Below, one piece after another: positions 36,712 to 50,380 of a stretch of DNA of 64,000 nt. The stretch's first letter is position 1, and every line of letters begins with the position of its first letter. The notes beneath the pieces were generated by a model, which saw only the letters and a program-made list of their open reading frames with translations, ran no database searches and was not told the DNA's origin. This DNA comes from Octopus bimaculoides (lineage: Eukaryota): the NCBI RefSeq assembly GCF_001194135.2, contig NC_068982.1, forward strand, positions 36,345,248 through 36,409,247, in the 5' to 3' direction. The translations under genes were made by a program, and so were the position numbers.

Positions 36712-39700
36712 GTTGTAAGCATTTCAGAGGAGTTTATGATAGTTATATTTACAGCCTTCTTGTTCTTTTGGTTTTAAAACTCAGATAAAAGAAATGAATG
36801 ATGACTTTGCTAGAGGAAATTTACATGTAATTATTATAACAGGTTGATTAATAACAGTGTTAGAAAAATAACAGTATATATTGAAAATCAAAAACGTCCT
36901 TCATACCATCTTTGATGGATGAAGTGCTTATCATTTCATACCCTTGCAAATAAAAGCCCTCTGGTTCAGATTCATAGGAGGAATGAGTAAAGTATTTGAC
37001 AAAATCATGTAGAGCAGTTGCATATAGTATTTAAAAAAAGATGATTAAGCTCTTGGAGGTCTCCTCTTAGTTTTATTAAAATGCATCCAAAGGAATCTAA
37101 CATGTAAACATTTCCTTGATCATGTTAATTAACCAAGAAAAGTTAGAAGAGATTATGATTAACAATTTTTCTCAGCCTAAAAAGCTGGTAGAGAAATTTG
37201 TAAACACTTTTCAAGAAGATCAGATATTTAAAAAAAAAATCTAAAACAATTATTGAATGTCGCTAATAAGAATTGTTGTTCCAGTTTGCTGTACCTCATA
37301 AGGCAGAGGAGGATATCATTTCCACTTCTAAGGCTAAGATAAAGAGAAAATGACTTCTCTATTAAGACTTTGAAAGGCGTTCTGGTGGTGTTGCAAAACT
37401 TCAGAGTTTGTAAAGGTTTCCATTACTTAGATTGATTAGTCACTGCTGAAAAAAATCTGATCTACAGTGAAATGTAAAAGGATCTATCGGAGTAAAAAAA
37501 AAAATCATAATTCCAGAAAACTTAGGAGATAAACCTCAGAAAATATTGTGACAATTATATCTCAAGTTGCATACTGATATTTAACAAAATTTATGATCAG
37601 ATGCATGTAATGATTTTGTATGTATTCTTTAGATAAAGATTTATCAATGATCGTAAAATATTCAGAAAATGTCTTTCTTCACCATTGATAAGACAATGCT
37701 TATAATATGAAACTTTTTCTATGTTACAGTGAAAGCTACCTGACTGATATCCTTTCAAAATTTCAAATATTTCCCCAAAAAGAATAAAAGAAAAGCTAAA
37801 TTGAATCCACTTATCGAATCACTCATTTTCCTTGTCATAAATTATGTATTTAGAACATGTTGGTTTAGAAATCCATTTTAGCAACCTGAGGGTGATAAGT
37901 CAGTGCAGAAAAAGAAAAATTGTCCTACAGATAAATATAAATGAGCATATCACAGTTGGAGGGAAAAAATTCCAGAAAAGTAATGAGGTAAATCTGAGGA
38001 AAAAATCTTCGTAATTATATTGTTAGTAACATAAAGATAAACACACACTGATTTACAGAGTAATGATTTACACGTGACAGGTGCAATAATGTATTTGCAA
38101 AAGCTATATAAATGATTAATGAGAACAGAGATAACAGGTATTATATGATTCAGTGAAGGAATTGATAGTCTATTTGGAAGTGAAATACTATATTTATTGT
38201 GTTACACTGACAGATTTCTTTTTATTTATTAGATTATTGAAAATATTAGGGATGTCTTTTTTAGATAAGTTTATCCTATTAGGAATAATTTTTGAAAGGG
38301 GATTTCAAATATATTGAGTTTTGTGAACACACAAGACACAGACAATTCATATCAAATCCAACAAGCCATGAAGAACTACACAAAGCATAAAACAACACAC
38401 TTCCTATCCATAGACAACCTAATTAGGAAACAAAAATACTTGAAATGAAAGGCCACATAAATATACAAGGAACACAATTTATTACTAATCAAGATCCTAC
38501 TACTAGATGTACAATCAGTCCTGAACACCCAGGAACATCTGTAAAATCCAGAATACTACTTCATCAACATGCTAAAAACATCAATTCTCTCATTCAGCCA
38601 ACAAATAAAAAAATATAAAAATGGCTATGTGGTTAAGAAGCTTGTGTGGCACTTGGGGCAAGTATCTTCTACTATAGCCCTGAGTTGATAAATGCCTTGT
38701 GAGTGAATTTGTTATATGGAAACTGCGTGAATTTTATGGCTATGTATGGTACTTGTTTTTAGTTGTATCATCATCATTCTTTAATATCCACTTTTCCATG
38801 CTTGCATGGGTTAGACAGAATCTGTTGAGGCAGATTTTCTACAGCCAGATACCCTTCCTGTTGTCAATCCTCACCTGTTTCCAAGTAAAGTAATATTCCT
38901 CATGAAGAGAATGTTTTTCATGGAAGATTGGAAATGAGATACCACTTGCATGTTGGTGAATATTGGTGACATTCTTTTACAACTATCACATGAAGTAATG
39001 AGACAGTAATATGCAACACACACATGCACACATACATGCGTACATGTATATACATGTATATATATATATNNNNNNNNNNNNNNNNNNNNNNNNNNNNNNN
39101 NNNNNNNNNNNNNNNNNNNNNNNNNNNNNNNNNNNNNNNNNNNNNNNNNNNNNNNNNNNNNNNNNNNNNNNNNNNNNNNNNNNNNNNNNNNNNNNNNNNN
39201 NNNNNNNNNNNNNNNNNNNNNNNNNNNNNNNNNNNNNNNNNNNNNNNNNNNNNNNNNNNNNNNNNNNNNNNNNNNNNNNNNNNNNNNNNNNNNNNNNNNN
39301 NNNNNNNNNNNNNNNNNNNNNNNNNNNNNNNNNNNNNNNNNNNNNNNNNNNNNNNNNNNNNNNNNNNNNNNNNNNNNNNNNNNNNNNNNNNNNNNNNNNN
39401 NNNNNNNNNNNNNNNNNNNNNNNNNNNNNNNNNNNNNNNNNNNNNNNNNNNNNNNNNNNNNNNNNNNNNNNNNNNNNNNNNNNNNNNNNNNNNNNNNNNN
39501 NNNNNNNNNNNNNNNNNNNNNNNNNNNNNNNNNNNNNNNNNNNNNNNNNNNNNNNNNNNNNNNNNNNNNNNNNNNNNNNNNNNNNNNNNNNNNNNNNNNN
39601 NNNNNNNNNNNNNNNNNNNNNNNNNNNNNNNNNNNNNNNNNNNNNNNNNNNNNNNNNNNNNNNNNNNNNNNNNNNNNNNNNNNNNNNNNNNNNNNNNNNN

Positions 39701-39929
39701 NNNNNNNNNNNNNNNNNNNNNNNNNNNNNNNNNNNNNNNNNNNNNNNNNNNNNNNNNNNNNNNNNNNNNNNNNNNNNNNNNNNNNNNNNNNNNNNNNNNN
39801 NNNNNNNNNNNNNNNNNNNNNNNNNNNNNNNNNNNNNNNNNNNNNNNNNNNNNNNNNNNNNNNNNNNNNNNNNNNNNNNNNNNNNNNNNNNNNNNNNNNN
39901 NNNNNNNNNNNNNNNNNNNNNNNNNNNNN

Positions 39930-40075
39930 CGCTCGAAAATCCTACAGGAGCCAGTCAGGCGGTACTGGCAACGGCCACGCTCAAAATGGTGCATCTCATG
40001 TGCCACCCGCACAAGAACCAGTCCAGGGGCACTGGCAACGATCTTACTTGGCTTGCCGGGTCTTCTCACGCACAG

Positions 40076-40076
<1 letters not shown>
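39930..40076 (-). mobile_element. Young RTE fragment at a gap edge
   Basis: Exact reverse complement of 35011-35157; its 3' end would fall in the N gap at 39070-39929. Confidence 0.85.
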
Positions 40077-40117
<41 letters not shown>

Positions 40118-40340
40118 TATATATATATATGTATATATGTGTGTATGTATATATATATATTTATATATGGATGCATATACATGTGTGTGTGTATATACAT
40201 ATTTATATATGTGTGTGCATATGCATATACATCTATGTCTTTGTGTATCATATATATAAAAACAAAAAGAAAATGCTTTGAGAACATACACACACATTAG
40301 TGTGTGTGTGTATCTTAATGTGAGTGTGTGTCTGAATGTG

Positions 40341-40372
<32 letters not shown>

Positions 40373-40474
40373 CCTGTGCATATGTGCATNNNNNNNNNNG
40401 TGTGTGTGTGTGTGTGCCTGTGCATATGTGCATGTATGTGTGTGTGTGTGTGTGTGTGCCTGTGCATACGTGCA

Positions 40475-40507
<33 letters not shown>

Positions 40508-41906
40508 CTGTGCATACATGCATGTATGTGTGTGTGTGTGTGTGTGTGCGTGCGCGCGTGCGTGCGTGTGTGTTCATGTGTTATACAATTTAATGAGAGA
40601 ATTTCTGATATGTCTGTTCCTTGTACAAAATCACCTTGCACTATCTGAAATGCAATGAACCAGGGACTGGTCTGCTGGAAACCAATAATAACTTATAACA
40701 TTATAATTCACCAAACGCATGTATTAAAAATCTTTTGCATTGTCTCCCTGACACTGTTTTTATTGTCACAGGCTGTTACTATTATTGATTTTATTTGTGT
40801 TAGTTAAACAATAGAGTTTAGCAAATTTGATAGTCAGCAAATCAGTAAATATCAGTTCAATAAATTTTACAATGTTTGAGGTGGTGAGCTGGCAGACTTG
40901 TAAGTCAAACTGGCACTTCATCAGTTACAACTGCAAAGGTTCTAGTTGATCCAATTAATAGAACAGCATGCTTGTGAAATTTATGTGCAAGTGGCTGAAT
41001 ACTCCACAGAGACATGTACCCATAACCTAGTTTTCAGGGAGATTCAGCACGACACAAAATGTGACAAGGTTGGCCCTTTGGATTACAGGTACAATTCATT
41101 TTTGCCAGCTGAGTGGACTGGAGCAGAGTGAAATAAAAATGTCTTGCTCAAGGATACAACGTGTCGGATATCAAACTCATGAACTCATGAACTGAATACC
41201 CTAACCACTAAGCCATGCACCTCTGTAAGCACATCAGAAAATACATGCTTTGCAGTATTACTGCTGACTCATTATGTTCTGAGTTTAGATTCCACCTAGG
41301 TTGACTGCCTTTTATCTTTTCGGGTTTGATAAAATAAGTACCGGTTGAGCACTGAGGTTGGTGTAACCAACTAACCCACTTCCCTAAAATTGCTGCTGTT
41401 GTGCTAAAAAAAATTAGAAATAAATAAATTTTATAACATTGAATGATTTTAGCCAGTGAATTTTGTGGGAAAGGCTCTTCAGCTTTCTTTATTAACATTC
41501 TCTTCATAACACAAACTGATTTCATTTTGTAACAATTATTTGTTATAGTTTAAACACTTCACCTACTCTTAACATTCTTGTGTTGTTGACCCCCATTCAT
41601 CTGTCTGTTCTGACATGTGATTGCTAGGCATTTTAAGATAATCAAGTTCATAAAAGAGGACTAGTCGTCTTGCAAAATTCATTCAATCAGGAATATAATA
41701 AAATAGAAATGACTAATGATGAATAACCAAAACCATAAAAAATTATTAGTAATATTTATTTGTGTTATGTAGAAAATAAGATTGATCAATAAAAATACCA
41801 AAAGAAAAAGAAAACTGCATTCTATAAGTGAGTATGAGTTAAATTTTTATGAAATAATTCTTCTTTTGCAACAGTGGATCTTGAAGTACATAAAACTATA
41901 AATATT

Positions 41907-42303
41907 GGTTTCAAATTTTGGCACAACGTCAGCAATTTTGGGGGAGAGGTGAAGTTGATTATATCAACCCCATTGCTCAACTGGTACTTATTTTATCGAC
42001 CCTGAAAGGATGAAAGACAACATTGACCTCAGCAGAATTTGAACTCAGAATGTAAAGACAGATGAAATGCTGCTAAGCAATTTTCCTGGTGTGCTATACA
42101 TAAAACTGTAAATATTATTTGAAATTTTGGCACAAGGCCAGTATTTTTGGAGAGAGGGTAAGTTGATTACATCGACCCCAGTGATTAACTGTTACTTATT
42201 TTATCAACCCTGAAAGGATCAAAGGCAAAGTTGGACCTCAGTGGAATTTGAACTTAGAACATAGAGATGTATGACTACCGCTAAACATTTTCCCACTGTA
42301 CTA
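41907..42303 (-). mobile_element. Head-to-tail pair of family A SINEs
   Basis: Two copies separated by a 19/20 repeat of the flank tacataaaact(a/g)taaatatt (41887-41906 and 42097-42116). Confidence 0.8.
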
Positions 42304-42629
42304 AGCATAAATCTATATTGAGTTGAAAATTCTCTTTGGAGTGACAATGTTGAAAGGCTGCCTGTAGGACTTAAACCTCCATCTCTTGTGGACATGACAA
42401 GCATTCAGTCATTGGAAAAAGTAATCTTTTGAAATTCTCTATCCATTTCAGAAATTTTTTTTCTTATCAGCAAGAACTATATGTTGTTGATGACAAAAGA
42501 ATTTATAAACTTTTGAGAGAACTTGAAATAATTCTTTCTTGAAACAGTGGATATCAAAGCAAGTGAATACTGAGTCAAAAAAACATTTTGGATACAATAA
42601 CACAAAGGTAACCTGAGATTATATTTTAA

Positions 42630-42829
42630 CCCTTTTGATACCAACTTGTCTGGAGCCGTCTTTGGTTCTGTTACAAATTTCCTGTTTTAAAGCCATCTAA
42701 ATTAATATCTTCCATCAAAATTTTATGGTAATTTATGTTCCAAATGTCAGCTTACTAAATTATTCATTATTTTCAAAATTAACTGAAACAAAGGCTGCTT
42801 ATTTCAACAAAAATAGGGTAACAAAAGGA
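42630..42829. mobile_element. piggyBac-like MITE
   Basis: TTAA|cccttttgatacc at the left end and gggtaacaaaagga|ttga at the right end (degenerate TIR and TTAA). Confidence 0.6.
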
Positions 42830-44161
42830 TTGAAGTCTTTTAAAAATATTTTTGATACGTCTAAAACTAACTCAAACAAAATGACTTTAAGTGAGCTAAA
42901 TAATATTTGACGTGGAAAAATTCTGTCTTACTACGACAAAACATCAAAGGACTTATAATTCACTACTTCATAATAAACTCTTATGTTCCCTGTCATCAAG
43001 TGAGGAGGATATTAAGTGATTAAATAGCCAAGCAATAACCTGTTCAAATTCTTGCTTTCTATAGGCACAGGCATGGCTGTGTGGTTAAAATGTTCGCTTC
43101 CCAACCACATGATTTCAGTTTCAGCCCCACTGTGGCACCTTGGGCATGTGTGTCTTCCACCACAGCCCCAGGTCAATCAAAGTTTGTGATCATCATCATT
43201 TAACATCTGTCTTCCATGCTGGTATGGGTTGGATTGTTTGACAGGAGTTGGTGATCCAGAGGACTGCACCAAGCACAACTGTCTATTTTGACAAGGCTTT
43301 TACAGTTGGATGTCCTTCCTAATCCCAACCACTTTATATAGTGGCTGGGTGCTTTTTACATGGTATCAGCACCAGTAAGGTCACCTAATAACTTGCAAGA
43401 CAAAGATCTTTGAGAGGGGAGGTGGTATTGAGGGAACACACACATACACACATATTTGGCAATGACAACAATGACAACGATAACGACAATGTTGATGACA
43501 ACGATGACAACAATGACAACGATGACAATGATGATGATGATGACGATGACGATAATAATGATGATGATGATGATGAAGGTGATCATTCCTAACGGAGAAT
43601 TAGTGAAAGCCATAATTTGTACTGAATCCATATAACTATTTAAATTGTAAAAAGAACAATAGGGTAAGTACCAGACTTGAGAAAAATAAATACTGGTGTC
43701 GATTTGTCCAACTAAACCCTTGAAGGTAGTGCTCCAGCATGGCTGTAAGTTTAATGATTGAAACACTTAAAAGATAAAAGATAAAAGATAAAAAAAAAAA
43801 GACACTGGTTGGCTAAAAACTTTTAAGAACTTTAAGTAGAGAACTGTCAGACTGGAGATATACCAAAATATCTTGAAACAAAATGCAACTTGACCTTACA
43901 GATTGAATGACAACAAAGATAGTTGGAAACTATCATATTATCCTGTCTGCGTTTATCAGTCCCTATGACAGCATAGAAAACTTTAGCAGTAACTATTTAC
44001 TGAAAATAGTGGAGGCATTCATAGTAATAGATATTGGTGATAAGGAATAATAGCAGTGATAGGGTAGTCTTAGTGAATTAATGGATCATATAATTTAAAT
44101 TTGAGAAATTGGTTCAGTTATCTTTTCAAGAAGCTACATTGATCAGAAAATAATCAGGATA

Positions 44162-44327
44162 GGCATAGATGTGGCTGTGTGGTAAGAAGCTTGCTTCCCA
44201 ACCATATGGTTCTGGGTTCAGTCTCACGGCATGGCACCTTAGATAAGCGTCTTCTATTATAGCCTCAGACTGACCAAGCAAAGCTTTGTGAGTGGATTTG
44301 GTAGACAGAAACTGAAGGAAGCTTGTC

Positions 44328-44379
<52 letters not shown>

Positions 44380-44625
44380 ACATCTATGTGTGCATGTCTT
44401 TGTGTCTGTGTTTGTCCTGCACCACTGCTTGATGACTGGTGGTGGTGTGTTTACATCCTTGTAACTTAGTGGTTTAGCAAAAGATACCAATAAAATAAGT
44501 ATTAGCTTAAAAAAAAGCCCTGTGATTTATTTGTTTGACTTAAATCCCTTCAAGGCAGTGCCCCAGCATGACCACAGTCAAATGACTGAAACAAGTAAAA
44601 GATAAAAGATAAAGGATAGAGATAA
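44162..44625 (+). mobile_element. Complete family B SINE with internal (AT)n
   Basis: Head ggcatagatgtggctgtgtggtaagaagcttgcttcccaacc, (TA)n at ~44330-44380, 3' module ending in (aaagat)n. Confidence 0.85.
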
Positions 44626-46699
44626 AATTCCCAAATGAAATATTCTAACAATAATGGATGAATCCCATTGCTTGTTGTATATTAAATAAATATGTAAATT
44701 TTATCTCACTATGTGATCTTGATTCTAAACAATTGCTTTTATCTTTAAACAAATTCAATTGTTATCTTCATTCTACCACAAGTCTTTCACCTTCACTCGT
44801 TATAGCCATGTCATCCCCATCTCTAAACATCTCCCCTCATACTATTATGGAACATATCCCTGTATCCCCTCTACACTACTTATACTCACTCCATTGTTCC
44901 CTATAGAAAGGCTCCATTACAACTAAAACACCATCTATTTTTCTTTCTTTCACTCATCATCATTGTTATTGTCATCATCATCATGATCATCATTGTCATC
45001 ATCACTGTTATCATCATCGTCATCATCATCATCATCATCATCACATCATCATCATCATCATCATCATCATCATAGTCATCATCATCATCATTATTGTCAT
45101 AGTCATCATCATCATTGTTGTTGTCATTATTGTCGTCATGTTCATCATCATGATCATCATCACCACTACCACTATCATGTTTTAAGGACTGTTTTCTGAA
45201 GCTTGTTTTCTAAACGAGGACATATCTAAAACTGTAGCCTCATTATTGTATTATATATTGAAAGTTATGACATGTAATATAAATATGTGTGAACTGAATG
45301 TTTTAGAAATTAAAATCCGTGACTGAATAGTTACTAGAAAACATAATTTTTAAAGTTATTTTCTAATTGTTTTTCATATAAACAAGTGTGAAAAATTGCT
45401 TACAAATTCAAATGGGATTGTATATAAACAGATGAAAGCTGTATGACTGTAGATTGATGAGTGATGTTATTTAAGATGACATCAGATATGGTTTGTTATA
45501 TAACAGCGTGGGTTTCTGAAACATTATATTCTTATCAGTTTCTTAATGTAGATATTTTCTGGTTAAAAGAAAAAAAGTTTGAAGATAAAAAAAAAGAATA
45601 AATGTATAAATAAAAACAAAAATTCAAGGAATACAATGTAGGTTGATTGTAGCCAGAAATAACCCCTTTCTTTCAGCAACAAGGCATACAGATGAAATGC
45701 AAGAATTCTTGAATTATATATATATATATATTTTTTTATATATTAGCAATACTTTTTTGTTTATTAACTCAACTCTTCAGAGAGTTATAGTATTGTATTG
45801 CATCATACTGCAATATCGTATAACATTCTTCTATAGTATCATATACTGGTTACTGTCATAAGTTATAGTGTACTGTGATTTCTTATATCAATACAACATC
45901 ACAGGTTTACAGTTCAGACAGAATGTGATGTTGTGATGTTCATATCATCTTCTAGTAACATTAGATGGGCTGAAATAATTTCATCCAAGAATAAAGTCTC
46001 TTAGAAGATTACTATTGCCTTATGGTTTTTTGCAATTTGTTTTGACAAGACTCAGAAGTAAATTTTGGTGGAGGATACAAATGAAAAAATTAAATTGGAT
46101 GGAATAAAATAGTATACGGTGCAGATATAGCAGCGTGGTAAAAAGTTTGCTTCCTAATCACATGGTTATGGGTTTAGTCTCACAGCATAGCACCAAGGAC
46201 AAATGTCTTCTACCATAGCCCCTAGCAGACCAAAACTATGAGTGGATTTGGTAGGCAAAAACAGAAAAGAAGCCTGTTTCAGCCACTCCATCTTCTTTCA
46301 CCATCATGTCATCCCCATCTCAGTTATGTCTTCCTCATCTACAGTCATGTCTTCCCCATCTCATTCATGTCTTCCTCATTTACAGTCATGTCTTCCCCAT
46401 CTCTAAACTTGTCCCCCTCACAGACTTATGGAATATCCCCCTGTATCCTCTCTATATTACTTATACTCACCCCTCTGTTCCCTGTAGATAGGCCCAAATA
46501 CATCTCCAACACCATCTATTTTTCTCTCTCTCACTTTGATTGTCTCTCTATCTTTGTCTGACTCTTTGTCACTTTCCCCTCCTGGGGTAGCAAGTATCCC
46601 TTCTACAGTAAGACAACTATTTCTGTCCCTCTATTACAATCTAACTTCTCTCCTGGATCACAGTCATTTCCTTCTGTTCCACATCCTCTCTCAGCAAGA

Positions 46700-46985
46700 T
46701 ATGTGGTGACCCCACTGGTGTTACATAAAAAAATACTTGTGCAGGTGCCACATAAAGAGTACTTGCACTGGAACCATGTAAAAAACACCTCTGCTGGTGC
46801 TATGTAAAAAACACCCAGTACACTGTAAAGTAGTTGGAATTAGGAAAGGCATCCAGCTATAGAAACCATGTCAAAGCAGACAAATGGAGCCTGGTGTAGC
46901 TCTCTAGCTTGCCAGCTCCCGCTGAATCATCAGCCCATGTCAACATGGAAAACAGGCATTAAATGATGATGAAGATGACGATGAT
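46700..46985 (+). mobile_element. RTE 3' UTR with ~25-bp array (another at ~52400-52647)
   Basis: Repeated gtgcca(c/t)(a/g)taaaaa.cac units followed by ttaggaaaggcatccagc...taaatgatgatg. Confidence 0.7.
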
Positions 46986-47869
46986 TCTATGCATCTGTGT
47001 GTGTTACTGTCTCCTTGTCTCGACACCATCTGATAGTTTAAATGAGTGTCAACATCATGCAAGCAATGCCCCCCATTTCTAATCTTCTGTGAAAACATGT
47101 ATGGTCATGGGAAAATAAAACACAGGAAAGACGTTTGGCTGTAGAAAATCCGCCTCAAAAATTTCCATCAGATCCATGTGTGTAAAAGTGAATGTTAAAT
47201 GATGATGATGATGACAACAACAACAATGCTGATAATGAAGATGATGGCAATGACAACGATGTGATGATGATGAGGATAATGATGATGATGATGAATGTGA
47301 GGATGATGATGATGATAACAGCATTTCGTTTAATGCTCTTCTGTTTTAATCAATTTCACTGCCTTTTTTTTCTTCTGAATAGTAAATGAATATTTTAACC
47401 TGTTTTTGAATCCAGATGGTACTCTTTCCTCTTATAATATATAGCTATTATAATATTGGATTATTTGATTATTTGATTAGAAAAATTGAAGTAATCTCCA
47501 TTTAAATTCACAGTTTTTGAGATTTTTAGTTATGTTGTTCTTGTAAAATTTGCTTGTATCAACATGAGCAATATGAATATAAAAATGAATATTGATTTCT
47601 CAGAGAAGGAAAAGACTTTAGACTTACTGGGAAAAGAAAATTAGATTATGTGAAACCTTTCCTTTCACAAGAGTATTAACGACATAAATGAAGTGACATG
47701 ACTCAACTAAGAATTGAAATGGTGTCACAGATTTGTCTCACCAGGAGATATTCAGTGAGTTGTTTCCACCACATAATGAATATAACATTTTATCATCATT
47801 ATAAAATAATATAGCTGTTGTGGTTTTGGTAGTTGTATTGGTTACTGTTATTTTGCTTCTCTTTGATTT

Positions 47870-48097
47870 ATATGTATGCATGCATGTATGTATGTATGTA
47901 TGTATGTATGTATGTATGTATGTATGTATGTATGTATGTATGTATGTGTGTGTGTGTGTATGCATGTGTGTGCATGTGTATGCATGTGTTTATGTATATA
48001 TGTATGTATCTATTTATCTATCTATCTACATATTTTGATATCCATCCATCCATCCATCCATCCATCCATCCATCCATCCATACATACATACATGTAT

Positions 48098-48137
<40 letters not shown>

Positions 48138-48187
48138 GTATATATACAGATATATACATATATATGTATATATATATATGTATATAT

Positions 48188-48264
<77 letters not shown>

Positions 48265-48280
48265 TACACATACACACACA
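47870..48280. repeat. Compound microsatellite (ATGT)n-(GT)n-(ATCC)n-(CA)n-(AT)n
   Basis: Directly visible. Confidence 0.95.
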
Positions 48281-48639
48281 GAGTTCTGCTTAAGATTTCC
48301 TTATCTACAAGAAGGTAATCTGAGACTTAAACAACAAGGACAAGAAGAACAGGGAAAGAAAGAAAATAATAATTGGAGAAAAACAGAGTCTTAAATTTCA
48401 TGTCTTGGAACCACAGACAGTGTAATTCAATTAAGTGAATTCACAGGGTCTTGTATTTTGGCAGAAATGCTGAGTGAAATGGTTGGAGAGAGTACAAAGT
48501 CCTTCAGTAAACATTTGTGTTTCCCAAATTCTTGAAATTTTCTCAGTAAAAATCCTTAAACAGATCAAATAAACATATATATACCAAGAAGGAATAATGT
48601 ATAAACAATATGAATGAAAGCTTAATAATACACTTTTTC

Positions 48640-48828
48640 TTGTTTCAGTCCTTGAACTATGCCCATGCTAGAGCCTTGTAAGGTTAGTCAATCAAACTGA
48701 CTCCAATACTTATTTTTATTTGATACTTATTCTATCAGTCTCTTTTGCTGAGCTGCTAGGTTACAGGGATATAGACAAACCAACACTGTCAAGCGATGGG
48801 ATACAAAGATACACACACACTCTCTCTT

Positions 48829-48885
<57 letters not shown>

Positions 48886-49015
48886 GGGCTTCCTCACAGT
48901 TTCTGTCTACCAAATTCACTCAAAAAACATTGGTCAAGTCAGGGCTATAATAGTATAAGATACCTAAAGTTCCAAACAGAGAGACTGAATCTGAAAGCAT
49001 GTAGTTGCTCCATGC
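48640..49015 (-). mobile_element. Family B SINE (minus) with internal (CA)n
   Basis: Reverse complement of the 44162-44625 modules flanking a (CA)n run at ~48835-48882. Confidence 0.7.
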
Positions 49016-49036
49016 CTGCATTTATATAATATAATA

Positions 49037-49445
49037 ATGGTTTCAAATTTTGGTACAAGGCCAGCAATTTCTGGGGAGTGGGTAAATTGATTTCATTGAC
49101 TCCAGCGTTCAATTGGTATTTATTTTATTGACCTTGAAAGGATGAAAGACAAAGCTGATCACAGCAGAATTTGAACTCAGAATATAAGGGTGGATGAAAT
49201 GTCACAGTTTTGCTCCGCATGATAATGATTCTGCAAGCTCACTGCTATTTTAATAATATAATAATATTTTCAAATTTTAGCTCAAGTTCAAGCAATTTTG
49301 GGAGTTGGGTTAAGTCGATTACATTGACCCCAGTCCTCAACAGGTATTTATGCTATCTTTTTTAAAAGGATGAAAGGCAAAGCTGACCTTGGCAGAATTT
49401 GAACTCAGAACATGAAAATGAATGAAATACCACTAAGCATTTTGC
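49037..49445 (-). mobile_element. Head-to-tail pair of family A SINEs
   Basis: Two copies, each preceded on the plus strand by aatataataat..tttcaaatttt. Confidence 0.75.
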
Positions 49446-49447
49446 AG

Positions 49448-49504
<57 letters not shown>

Positions 49505-49543
49505 NNNNNNNNNNNNNNNNNNNNNNNNNNNNNNNNNNNNNNN

Positions 49544-49583
<40 letters not shown>

Positions 49584-50165
49584 AAAGTATAATAATAAAA
49601 GTATAAAAACTATCATCACCATCATCATCCTTTTTTATGTTGGCACGAGTTGGACAATTTATCAAAGGACTGAGTCAGATCTTATTTAGAATTACTGCTT
49701 TCCTGAATGAATTGGGGACCACATCTAGCCAGTATGTATAATTTCAGCCTGTTTTCTATTGAGAGATGCCCTTTGTATCATCATCCACTTAATAAAGTGT
49801 ATAGGGCACACTTTATAAAGTAGATGACATACATTAAGCTATTAATCACATGTGCTACCAAGCCTGCATCATATATGCATATTGTATATACAGATAATGT
49901 GCACCAGCACTAGAAAGGTTGTTATGCTCTTAGCATAACTAACAAGTTCTCTCTACTTTACCCCTAAAGTTATGCTCGAGATAATTTTCTTATCTACAAG
50001 AATGTAATCTGAGATTTAAAAAAGTATGAGAAGAAGAGAGAAAGAAGGAAAAATAATAATTGTAAAAAAATTAAAGCATTAGATTTGATGTCTTAGCACC
50101 ACAGATAGTACAACTCATCATCATCATCATTATCATCATCATACTGTACTACAAACTATATCTAT

Positions 50166-50380
50166 GAGGGGCTGCTGAAAAGTTCCTGGTTTTCAGTAAA
50201 AGAAAATACAAGAGGATCAGTTAATTATGATTTTATTCAACATATCCCCTCTCAGATTCACACATTTATTGTAGTGGTCCTTAAATTTTTCTATGCCCGG
50301 TAAAAGAACTTGGAGGGTTGGGCCTCCAGCCAAGCCTTTCATGAAACCCTTAAAGCCAGGAATTTTTCAGTGCCCTCTTA
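50166..50380. mobile_element. Mariner-derived MITE
   Basis: TIR-like ends tgaggggctgctgaaaagttcctggtttt and aaagccaggaatttttcagtgccctctta. Confidence 0.65.

Noticed and set aside
38918-40658. Very long ORFs (100-533 aa); similar cases at 20925-21565, 32426-33186, 51105-51747, 60618-61164 and 61937-62461
   Set aside because: They consist of N runs and dinucleotide repeats.
42330-42540. Two protein-like plus-strand segments joinable by a 50-nt GT-AG intron (SLWSDNVERLPVG...QELYVVDDKRIY)
   Set aside because: No homology recognised, poor first acceptor, unusually short intron and no upstream exons identified.
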